In this document: positions 56,726 through 64,000 of the stretch, in pieces | How the letters are laid out: each line of letters starts with the position of its first letter | Numbering within the stretch: position 1 is the stretch's first letter | IMG/VR virus record: IMGVR_UViG_3300017777_003723 | Span: 2,752 to 66,751 of that record | Length of the DNA stretch: 64,000 bases | Reading direction: 5' to 3' (one strand) | Origin: a virus | Taxonomy: Duplodnaviria; Caudoviricetes | Made by a program: the position numbers and the translations under genes | Notes under the pieces: generated by a model | Databases searched by the model: none | What the model saw: only the letters and a program-made list of their open reading frames with translations | What the model was told of the DNA's origin: nothing

Positions 56726-58033
56726 ATGAAATCCTCACCTTTAGGAACGAAACCTCAAACAACGCCGGACGGTAGACCGGCCCCACTGCGCGGAGACAAT
56801 GTTTTTGTAAAGGCACTCGACGGCAGGAGACGGCCCATCCGTGGGCTCTGGGTCCGCAACGGACGGTACTACGCACAGCTCTCGGTCATGGACCACGCAC
56901 TGGGCAAACCCAGGGCCAAGCGCATCGCGTTGAAGGACGCCAGCACTGTCGCTGAGGCGGTGGTGGCGATGCAGGACGTGATGAAGCTCCGTCGCGACGG
57001 CGAGCTAGCTATGTCAGCGAAGGCCCCGACGTTCTCGGTTGCGGCCGATCACTACCTGGAGTTCGAGGCGTCACTCCACGACGGTAAGCGAGAGAGCACT
57101 CTAAAAGGGGAGCGGAAGTGTGTCCGCTCGTTGAAAACCAGCTTTGGCGGGTTCACGCTGGACCGCATCACCCCAGCCGCGGTCAAGGCACACATGGGCC
57201 GCCGGCAGTCCGTGGACAAGGTCTGCGGCAGAACGGTGAACCACGAGTTGGTCATCCTTGGGAACGTGGTCAAGCACGCGGAGACCGTCTTCGGCGTCAA
57301 GGTGAGGCCGCTAGATGGGGTGAAGCGCCTACCCTACAAAGCTGACAAGAAGCCTCTCACCGACGACGAGGAGATTGACGCATTGAGGGGTTGGTCGATT
57401 GGCCATCTAAAGAACGGCCACCTCTTGTCCGATTTCGTGGGGTTCTTGGCGGCGACCGGTGCCCGTCGATCGGAGGGGCTGCTCGTGGCGTGGGCGGATG
57501 TGGACATGGAACTGAAGCGCGTCCTGATCGGCGGTTACCGGAGGAGCAAAAACGGCGATACCCGATGGGTGGACATGAGCCCATCATTGGAGGGACTGCT
57601 CGTGGAGATGGCGTCCCGGAAAGACCCGGAGAGCAAGTGGTTGTTCCCGTCAGCGATGGCTGGAGCCGCGGAGGACATTCCAGCCAAATGCCTGGAGCAT
57701 TCGTTCAGAACGGCGCGCGTCGCCACCGGCGCGAAGCGCGTCACCGGGTTCCACGCCATGCGCCACTACTTCGCGAGCAAGTGCGTCATGGCCGGCATCG
57801 ACTACATGACCATCGCGGCGTGGCTAGGGCACAAGGACGGCGGCATCCTCGTCGGCAAGGTCTATGGTCACCTGAACAACAGCCACCGGCAGAAAATGGC
57901 GGCTAAGCTGGGGGCTTATACCAATGCGGAAAAAATATCGACCGCAATCGAGTCAGCCGATCTTCGGCCCGCCACGATGACCCCCGATGGCGCGTCCTCA
58001 AAACCGAAAGCGACAGCCGCTTCCGGTTTGTAA
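56726..58033 (+). CDS. int: Tyrosine recombinase/integrase
   Basis: TGARRSE, RSKNG, FHAMRHYF, LGH, VYGH catalytic set; N-terminal IRGLWVRNGRYYAQL. Confidence 0.95.
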   Translation: MKSSPLGTKPQTTPDGRPAPLRGDNVFVKALDGRRRPIRGLWVRNGRYYAQLSVMDHALGKPRAKRIALKDASTVAEAVVAMQDVMKLRRDGELAMSAKAPTFSVAADHYLEFEASLHDGKRESTLKGERKCVRSLKTSFGGFTLDRITPAAVKAHMGRRQSVDKVCGRTVNHELVILGNVVKHAETVFGVKVRPLDGVKRLPYKADKKPLTDDEEIDALRGWSIGHLKNGHLLSDFVGFLAATGARRSEGLLVAWADVDMELKRVLIGGYRRSKNGDTRWVDMSPSLEGLLVEMASRKDPESKWLFPSAMAGAAEDIPAKCLEHSFRTARVATGAKRVTGFHAMRHYFASKCVMAGIDYMTIAAWLGHKDGGILVGKVYGHLNNSHRQKMAAKLGAYTNAEKISTAIESADLRPATMTPDGASSKPKATAASGL

Positions 58034-58380
58034 GCCTGCAAGTCGTTCATCGACCGATTCAGGTCATCAGTGATGACCGTTAGGCACGCCTTTTTGACGC
58101 GCTGAACAGCAACAATCACGGGTTCGATGGCGGCATTGTCCAGCCTCTTGGTGAGGATGAGCACAATGCCGCTTTTGCCGTTCTTGAGCCCGCGAGCGCT
58201 CAAGCTGGGGACATAGCCGATCCTGTCGGCGACCTCGCGGATCTCGTCGGCCGTCTCTTGAGACAGGCCAGGCTGGTGGTTGATCGCCAGCGAGCAGGAC
58301 ATCGCGGACCATCCACTCTTCTCAGCCAAATCCTTAATGGTGACTCTTTTACCTCCAGGGGGTTTGATTTTTCTGGTCAT
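57916..58380 (-). CDS. Truncated LacI-family transcriptional regulator (154 aa)
   Basis: VTIKDLAEKSGWSAMSCSLAIN HTH and GYVPSLSARGL hinge; ligand domain only ~85 aa. Confidence 0.9.
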   Translation of the reverse strand: MTRKIKPPGGKRVTIKDLAEKSGWSAMSCSLAINHQPGLSQETADEIREVADRIGYVPSLSARGLKNGKSGIVLILTKRLDNAAIEPVIVAVQRVKKACLTVITDDLNRSMNDLQAYKPEAAVAFGFEDAPSGVIVAGRRSADSIAVDIFSALV

Positions 58381-58658
58381 GGCTTGGCCTGTTCAGGTAC
58401 TCCATCTGGTGTACCCATGTTTTTGATCAGCCTCCGGCGCATAGCGGTCTGGAATTTTAGCGCAGAAGTGGCGCGTTTACCGGCCATCGTGTCCAGCACC
58501 GTCGGCAAAAACAGCATCAACGACTCGATGACCAAGGTGGACCTCGACGCCCCGGTCGCTTCCTCGGCGAGCCTGAGAAGTTCCTCAACGTCAGGTTTTA
58601 AGCGGACTCCAACGAACGAAAGCGTGGGCGCTTTCTGCTGATTTGGTTTTTTTTTCAA
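58377..58658 (-). CDS. Ribbon-helix-helix (CopG/Arc-like) regulator
   Basis: FVGVRLKPDVEELL...GASRSTLVIESL. Confidence 0.78.
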   Translation of the reverse strand: MKKKPNQQKAPTLSFVGVRLKPDVEELLRLAEEATGASRSTLVIESLMLFLPTVLDTMAGKRATSALKFQTAMRRRLIKNMGTPDGVPEQAKP

Positions 58659-58826
58659 CTGGTTTCCTTTCGGTTTTTCCTGCGATTCACGCAGCTATTT
58701 ATGCCTTGGGCGTAAATCTGTTAAACCCAATCCAGTGGCGCGTCAACCGTTTTACCTTGTTGCAGAATTTATTTTGGTTAACTTTTTGGCGTCGCAGGAA
58801 AACCACCACTCGTCCCCTTTGTCACA

Positions 58827-59063
58827 ATGTCCTCCGCCGTAACCAAAAAGACCGCTGGCCGCCCCCAGAAGAACCGTCCGGACACCTACTTTGGCCTGAA
58901 ACCTGCACCGGACGTTTATTTATTGATTGCGCGCGAAATCAACCGGAGGGGATTCAAGATGCCGTGCGGTGGGTGGGCTTACGGGGCGGTCAAGATGGTC
59001 TTGGAGGATTGCATCCGCAACCACCTCGGCCCCGTCGTGAGGAAAAGTGCAAAGGCGGTCTAA
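58827..59063 (+). CDS. Small basic protein, possible Cro/RHH-like regulator
   Basis: First gene of the rightward operon, divergent from the RHH and LacI genes. Confidence 0.55.
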   Translation: MSSAVTKKTAGRPQKNRPDTYFGLKPAPDVYLLIAREINRRGFKMPCGGWAYGAVKMVLEDCIRNHLGPVVRKSAKAV

Positions 59064-59075
59064 AGGGGGCTCGAT

Positions 59076-59354
59076 ATGACTGACCACAAGCCGGTTGAGG
59101 TATCGTTGAGCATCCCGGATTCAGCCTATGGGCCGTTTCGTGAAGCCGCAAACAGGGCGTTCCGTTACCGAGAGGAGTTCATGTCCCGGATTCCCGGCGC
59201 TGGCGTGGTGGATTTCGATTCCGAAGCCTACGCCATGGCCTTGGCCGAAGCATGGCTGTCGTCGGAGGTCGGTAGGTTCTTCCAAGACTCCACGGCCCGA
59301 TTGAACATGGAGGCCGAGCAATGGCGACTCCGCACCGAAGGGGTCATCGCGTGA
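59076..59354 (+). CDS. Hypothetical protein (92 aa)
   Basis: Operon-spaced ORF. Confidence 0.6.
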   Translation: MTDHKPVEVSLSIPDSAYGPFREAANRAFRYREEFMSRIPGAGVVDFDSEAYAMALAEAWLSSEVGRFFQDSTARLNMEAEQWRLRTEGVIA

Positions 59355-59569
59355 CACCAAAGCCCTCCGTGAACCTTCTCCTCCCGCTCGTTCCGATGAT
59401 GCGCTGGAACACTTGGCTCAAGTGCATCGGCGTCGGGCACCGGACCGGGGCCATGTGGCGGGCCAAGGGGTGGGTGCGGCCGGACCGGGTCATCAACAGC
59501 CGCAACTACATCTCCGCCGCCGCGGTGGAGTCCTTCGCCAAATCCGTCGAAGCTGGAAAATTCAAGTGA
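59351..59569 (+). CDS. Excisionase/MerR-like HTH protein
   Basis: WLKCIGVGHRTGAMWRAKGWVRP...YISAAAVESF; near int. Confidence 0.65.
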   Translation: MTPKPSVNLLLPLVPMMRWNTWLKCIGVGHRTGAMWRAKGWVRPDRVINSRNYISAAAVESFAKSVEAGKFK

Positions 59570-59630
59570 CCCCCTCCCGTCCGCGCAGAGGGGCCAAGTG
59601 GCCCTAGATCTGCCCGACTCTGCCGTTTTC

Positions 59631-59642
59631 TGTAACGTTACA
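59631..59642. promoter_or_regulatory. Operator-like site TGTAACGTTACA (perfect)
   Basis: 24 nt before ATG59667. Confidence 0.8.
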
Positions 59643-59666
59643 CATCCACGACAACACCCACTAAAA

Positions 59667-60737
59667 ATGCACGAAATCGCCGAAATTGAGATTGATGCGG
59701 TAGTCCCGGACGCGCTTGCCGTCATGGAGCGCGCCGCCATCGACAGCCAAGTTTCCACCGCCAAGAAGTACCCGCGGTCGCTGTCCATGGTGAAGGCCAA
59801 GATGCTGAGTTTTGCCACTCTTGACCAAGAGACCGCGTCGGGCTGTTTCTTCACCCTGCCGGCGCGCAAAGGTGGAGACGGCAAATCCATCCAAGGGCCG
59901 TCCATCCGAATGGCTGAGATTGCGCTGGCCACCTACCAGAACCTCCGCGCTGGAGCCCGCGTCATCGCCGACGACGGCAAGATCATCACGGCTCAGGGCG
60001 TCTGCCACGATCTGGAGAACAACGTGAGCATCTCCGTCGAGGTGAAGCGCCGCGTCACCACGAAGGAAGGCCGCAGGTTCAGCGACGACATGGTCGTGAT
60101 GACCGGAAACGCGGCGTGCTCCATCGCGCTCCGGAACGCCACGTTCAGAGTCGTGCCTTTGGCCTTGGTGAAGCCAGTCTACGAGCAGGCCAAGAAGGTT
60201 GCCATCGGAGACGCGAAGACGCTGGTGTCTCGCCGAGCGGATGCGTTGGCCCACTTCACCAAGATGGGCGTGAAGAAGGAGCAAGTGTTCGCCGTGCTTG
60301 GCGTCAATGCTCTGGAAGACATCACCCTCGACCACCTTGCAGAACTCATCGGTTACGCGACCGCCATCAAGGAAGGCGACACCAGCATCGACGAGGTTTT
60401 CTCGAAGGAGGCCAAGCCCCTGCCTCCATTCCTGGCTCCGGTTCCCTCTCCTGCCGTTGAACCTGCGGCAAAGGCGGCAGACGCCATGCAGTTCATCGCG
60501 CCTCCCCCCTCCGAGGCTCCGAAGAACGAGGTGATGGTCCAACTCGCCGGCCACATGCTCAAGGATGGGGTGACGGAGGCCGAGTTGATGCAGCACATCC
60601 AGACCGGCTACGCCGACTGCGATAGCCTCGGGAGCCTTGATGAAGTCAACGAGGTCAAGCCGAGCGTCATCAACTCGGTGCTCCGCAAATGGTCCCTCGT
60701 CGTCAAGGCGATCAAGACCCCGAAAGCCTCCGAATGA
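59667..60737 (+). CDS. Putative single-strand annealing/recombination protein
   Basis: TAKKYPR, GPSIRMAE, DLENN and GNAACSIALRNA motifs; adjacent to the exonuclease and SSB. Confidence 0.7.
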   Translation: MHEIAEIEIDAVVPDALAVMERAAIDSQVSTAKKYPRSLSMVKAKMLSFATLDQETASGCFFTLPARKGGDGKSIQGPSIRMAEIALATYQNLRAGARVIADDGKIITAQGVCHDLENNVSISVEVKRRVTTKEGRRFSDDMVVMTGNAACSIALRNATFRVVPLALVKPVYEQAKKVAIGDAKTLVSRRADALAHFTKMGVKKEQVFAVLGVNALEDITLDHLAELIGYATAIKEGDTSIDEVFSKEAKPLPPFLAPVPSPAVEPAAKAADAMQFIAPPPSEAPKNEVMVQLAGHMLKDGVTEAELMQHIQTGYADCDSLGSLDEVNEVKPSVINSVLRKWSLVVKAIKTPKASE

Positions 60738-61609
60738 GTGCCATCCCGTTCACCACTGGATCGGACGGAGTCTTCTACGACGTTCCATCGGCCGACTACT
60801 TCGCCGAGCCGGCGCTGAGCCACTCGTTGATGAAGGAGATGTCTCCGACCCCGGCGCATGGGTTGGCCTACATGCTGACGTACAGGGAGCCGAAGCCCGC
60901 CCACATCATCGGGACGTTGACACACAGCCTCATCCTTGAGCCTGAGAAGCCGCTTCCCGGCATCGCCCTCCAACCAGAGGAGTACCCTGACGGGAAGACC
61001 ACGAAGAAGTGGAGCGGCAACGCCACCTACTGCCGTGACTGGAAGAAGGAGCAGTTGAGCAAAGGTCTCATCGTGCTACCAAAGACCGGCAGGGACAGCT
61101 ACGAGGAGATTGTCGGGATGTCCCAGGCAGCGTCACGCCACCCACTCGTCCGTGAGTACCTATCGGAAGGCACCAGCGAGGTCAGCTTGTTCACCCACCT
61201 CAACACCACCTACGGTCCGGTTCGCGGAAAAGGCCGGCTGGACTTCGTGCCGAAGTCGAAGCGGCTCATCGACTTCAAGACAACGCAGGACGCCAGCGAA
61301 GAGGAGTTCTCAAAGGCGCTCGTGAACTTCCGCTACGCCTCTCAGGCGGCGTGGTATCTCAACCTCTGGGACCGCTTGTGCGGGTCTGAGGATAAACGCA
61401 GCGAGTTCGTGTTCTTCGCCATCGAGAAGACCCCCCCTTACCTGGTGGCGGCCTACACACTGGATGAGGAGGCACTGCGTTGGGGTTACTCCCTGTGCCT
61501 GACGGACATGGACACCTACGCCAAGTGCAGTCGGGACGGAGTATGGCCAGGCTACCCGCAAAATCTGCGGAAGCTCAGCCTGCCGGGTTTTATGAAACGC
61601 AAACTGTAA
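60734..61609 (+). CDS. PD-(D/E)XK exonuclease (RecE/DUF3799-like)
   Basis: KGRLDF, IDFKTT, YASQAAWY, FFAIEKTPPY. Confidence 0.88.
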   Translation: MSAIPFTTGSDGVFYDVPSADYFAEPALSHSLMKEMSPTPAHGLAYMLTYREPKPAHIIGTLTHSLILEPEKPLPGIALQPEEYPDGKTTKKWSGNATYCRDWKKEQLSKGLIVLPKTGRDSYEEIVGMSQAASRHPLVREYLSEGTSEVSLFTHLNTTYGPVRGKGRLDFVPKSKRLIDFKTTQDASEEEFSKALVNFRYASQAAWYLNLWDRLCGSEDKRSEFVFFAIEKTPPYLVAAYTLDEEALRWGYSLCLTDMDTYAKCSRDGVWPGYPQNLRKLSLPGFMKRKL

Positions 61610-61616
61610 CGTTACA
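61605..61616. promoter_or_regulatory. Operator-like site TGTAACGTTACA (perfect)
   Basis: Contains the exonuclease TAA stop and abuts the SSB ATG. Confidence 0.82.
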
Positions 61617-62057
61617 ATGAAGAAACCAATCGCAACATTCATCGGTCGCGTCGCATCTGACGCCCGCACATTGACCGGGAGGTCCGGCAAGTCGTTCATC
61701 GCGTTCACCCTTGTCGGTGACGAGCAGTTGTTTGGAGAGAAGCGATACCGGCAACGGACCGACATCAAGCTTCAAGCCAGAGAGATGGAACAAGCGTTGG
61801 CAGACATCAAGGAAGGGGCACTCGTCTGCGTCTCCGGAGAGGTGTCTTCCAATGTGTACGAGAGCAAGCGCGAGGCAGGCAAGTGGATGTCCAATGTGGA
61901 GATCTACACGTTCTACTATTCAGTCGAGCAGCACGCCGACGGTGGTGGTGGAGCGCCAGCAAGACCGGCCCCGGTCGTGAACGCTGGAAACCCTGTTCGG
62001 AGACCTGCGGCCACGCCCCCGGCCACGCCCCCGGCCGACGACGACGTTCCGTTCTGA
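61617..62057 (+). CDS. ssb: Single-stranded DNA-binding protein
   Basis: FIGRVASD OB-fold start, Gly/Pro linker and DDDVPF tail. Confidence 0.9.
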   Translation: MKKPIATFIGRVASDARTLTGRSGKSFIAFTLVGDEQLFGEKRYRQRTDIKLQAREMEQALADIKEGALVCVSGEVSSNVYESKREAGKWMSNVEIYTFYYSVEQHADGGGGAPARPAPVVNAGNPVRRPAATPPATPPADDDVPF

Positions 62058-62084
62058 CCCCACCCCGGCCTTTTCGCACCGACT

Positions 62085-62459
62085 ATGATTGAAGGACACA
62101 AAGACCCCATGATCTGCACCCCGGCACAAACTTCGTTTATCGCCGCATTCAGGCAACAGCAGTCCGACGTTCACGCCACCGCCGTCAGCAAGGGGTGGTG
62201 GGACCAAGCCAGGAACGATGGCGAGGCGATTGCGCTGATGCACTCGGAACTGTCCGAGGCGCTTGAGGGGCTGCGACAGGGCAACCCTCCGGACGACAAG
62301 GTTCCCGAGTTCCGGGCCGTCGAGGCGGAGCTTGCCGATGTGGTCATCCGTATCATGGACATGGCTCACGCCCGAGGGTGGCGTGTCGCCGAGGCCGTCG
62401 TCGCAAAGGCGGAAATGAACAAGGGGCGCACCGCGAAGCACGGCGGGAAGAAGTTCTGA
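62085..62459 (+). CDS. MazG-like nucleotide pyrophosphohydrolase
   Basis: ALMHSELSEALE...ELADVVIRIMD...HGGKKF. Confidence 0.88.
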   Translation: MIEGHKDPMICTPAQTSFIAAFRQQQSDVHATAVSKGWWDQARNDGEAIALMHSELSEALEGLRQGNPPDDKVPEFRAVEAELADVVIRIMDMAHARGWRVAEAVVAKAEMNKGRTAKHGGKKF

Positions 62460-62462
62460 CCC

Positions 62463-63158
62463 ATGGACCCCTACTACCAAGCCGAAGGCATCACGCTATT
62501 CTACGGAGACGCGGCAAACATGGTGCCTCGGCTTGGTAGGTTCGGGCTCTTGCTCACTGACCCACCCTACGGGATCAACCACGACCGCGACAAGGGAGCC
62601 TCATCGGTTGGCCGTCGGTCCAACCTTGGGCCAGCAAAGGCTTGGGACGTGAAGCGGTGGGACAAGAGCCCCCCGGACCGATGGGTTCTGGAGATGATGG
62701 TCAGCCGCGCCGACCAGTCCATCATCTGGGGGGGTAATTTCATGCGGCTCCCCCCGACTGCTGGGTGGCTGGTGTGGGACAAAGACAACTCTGGAGACTT
62801 CGCTGACGCTGAGTTGGCGTGGACGAACATCGACATGCCGGTCCGGAAGCTGACCTACCGCTGGAACGGCATGATACAGCAGGACATGAAGAACAAGGAG
62901 ACCAAGTGGCATCCTGCCCAGAAGCCGCTCGCGTTGATGCGCTGGTGTATCGGGCACGCCACCAGTCCGTTGTCCATCCTGGACCCTTATTGCGGGAGCG
63001 GAAGCACACTGATTGCAGCCCGCGACCTCGGCATTCAGGCAATCGGGATAGAAGCCGACAAAGACTACTGCGACATCGTGGTGGAAAGGTTGAAAGAGCG
63101 AGTCCTCCCGCTCTACGGCCCGCTGAGGCCGGAAGCGGAGGAGGAACTACTCGTATGA
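62463..63158 (+). CDS. Orphan beta-class N6A/N4C DNA methyltransferase
   Basis: TDPPYG precedes HPAQKP and LDPYCGSGST. Confidence 0.9.
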   Translation: MDPYYQAEGITLFYGDAANMVPRLGRFGLLLTDPPYGINHDRDKGASSVGRRSNLGPAKAWDVKRWDKSPPDRWVLEMMVSRADQSIIWGGNFMRLPPTAGWLVWDKDNSGDFADAELAWTNIDMPVRKLTYRWNGMIQQDMKNKETKWHPAQKPLALMRWCIGHATSPLSILDPYCGSGSTLIAARDLGIQAIGIEADKDYCDIVVERLKERVLPLYGPLRPEAEEELLV

Positions 63159-63547
63159 GCCGGAATCCGTTGATGCCGTATGAAGCACTCAAGAAAAGGT
63201 TCCCGAACGCCAGCGCCGCATTTCTCGCCGCCAACACGGCCGGTCAGCTACCCCGTGAAGCTCATCGTGTTCCACAAAGTCCCGAGCCTCAACGCCCTGT
63301 TCGCGATGAACCCGTGGAAAAGAAGGCGCGAGAAAGAAGCCACCCAGGTCGCTTTCGCGTCAGCGTTGTCAGCTACCGCACGCGGCTCATAGACCCGGAC
63401 AACCTGACCCCGAAATACTTCATCGACGCAGCCCGTTATGCCGGATTGATACCGGATGATTCAGCAGAACACATCGAACTATCAGTGACCCAGAAGAAGG
63501 ACTCCGCAAACCCGCGCACAGAAATCACGATCGAGGAGATAAAATGA
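63155..63547 (+). CDS. RusA-like endodeoxyribonuclease
   Basis: DPDNL...FIDAARYAGLIPDDS...RTEITIEE acidic motif set. Confidence 0.75.
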   Translation: MSRNPLMPYEALKKRFPNASAAFLAANTAGQLPREAHRVPQSPEPQRPVRDEPVEKKARERSHPGRFRVSVVSYRTRLIDPDNLTPKYFIDAARYAGLIPDDSAEHIELSVTQKKDSANPRTEITIEEIK

Positions 63548-64000
63548 CCTCAGAGCCACAAATGTCTTACGAAAAAGCCTGGAACCCACGCGGAGAAAGG
63601 GCATCAGCAATCGACCTCTCCAAGCTCGATCAACTCCCCCCTCATTCGACAGAAGCCGAACAAGGCGTGCTCGGCTGCATCCTTCTTTCTCCGAAGGAAT
63701 GCCTCGGAATGTGTCTTGAGCAGGCTGGGTCGGACGCGGAGATGTTCTACGACCTGCGCCACCAAGCGTTGTACGAGGTGCTTCTCACCATGTATGACGA
63801 GCGGGGCGGAAATGGGATTGACCTCATCACGGTGCAACAGAGGTTGAAGGACATCAAGCAACTGGACGGTGCCGGCGGCCTCGCCTACTTGAGCAGCCTG
63901 ATGGATGCCGTGCCCAGCGCGGCAAACCTCCCCCACTATCTGGATACGGTCATCGAGAAAAGTGTTCTGCGGAAGATGGTGCAGGTCTGCACAAACGTCC
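63544..64000 (+). CDS. dnaB: Replicative DNA helicase N-terminal domain (runs off the window)
   Basis: Manual translation LPPHSTEAEQGVLGCILL...FYDLRHQ...IDLITVQQRL...GGLAYLSSL...VPSAAN. Confidence 0.92.
   Translation, partial: MTSEPQMSYEKAWNPRGERASAIDLSKLDQLPPHSTEAEQGVLGCILLSPKECLGMCLEQAGSDAEMFYDLRHQALYEVLLTMYDERGGNGIDLITVQQRLKDIKQLDGAGGLAYLSSLMDAVPSAANLPHYLDTVIEKSVLRKMVQVCTNV

Larger units (their letters stand above)
1..64000. mobile_element. Temperate tailed phage genome, podovirus-like; probable Verrucomicrobiota host
   Basis: Terminase, portal/scaffold/capsid block, tail fibres, spanins, integrase, SSB and DnaB are all present. There are no host housekeeping genes and no tape measure gene. 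Confidence 0.93.

Noticed and set aside
58659-58826. Sigma70 promoters in the switch region (TTGACG-17-TAACAG on the minus strand)
   Set aside because: The -10 match is too weak to call. The AT-rich gap probably holds divergent promoters, but I cannot place them.
2625-61616. Palindrome as a host LexA/SOS box or CRISPR-like repeat
   Set aside because: It does not match the Verrucomicrobia LexA motif I recall (TGTTC-N4-GAACA). The copies are dispersed, not arrayed with spacers.

Overview
The whole window reads as one temperate, podovirus-like phage genome (or most of one). The likely host is a Verrucomicrobiota bacterium, inferred from the integrase N-terminus, the DnaB N-terminus and the SLA-type LacI helix. 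Layout: (1) 180-10285 (+) small early genes, then a MoxR/CobS-like AAA+ ATPase and a CobT-like VWA protein; (2) 10322-11582 (-) gmd plus a small basic phage protein; (3) 11642-53239 (-) a long virion operon with a 3825-aa polyvalent ejection-type protein (kinase-like and HExxH domains), two smaller ejection-type proteins, nozzle, FN3 and Ig-VWA proteins, an adaptor-position protein fused to a metallophosphatase, capsid, scaffold, portal, lysis genes and tail fibres, with two glycosyltransferases and a methyltransferase interleaved; (4) terminase large subunit (+), a tRNA-CAT, an apparently intact attP and a tyrosine integrase; (5) a mini LacI-type and an RHH regulator, then recombination and replication genes (annealing-type protein, PD-(D/E)XK exonuclease, SSB, MazG-like, DNA methylase, RusA-like, truncated DnaB). 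The most striking unexplained structure is a 12-bp palindrome, TGTAACGTTACA. I found by eye 15 copies with at most 1 mismatch and 2 with 2 mismatches, mostly at gene boundaries across the genome. This looks like a genome-wide operator or stoperator network, possibly read by the LacI-type protein. All family assignments come from motif recognition only; no searches were run.
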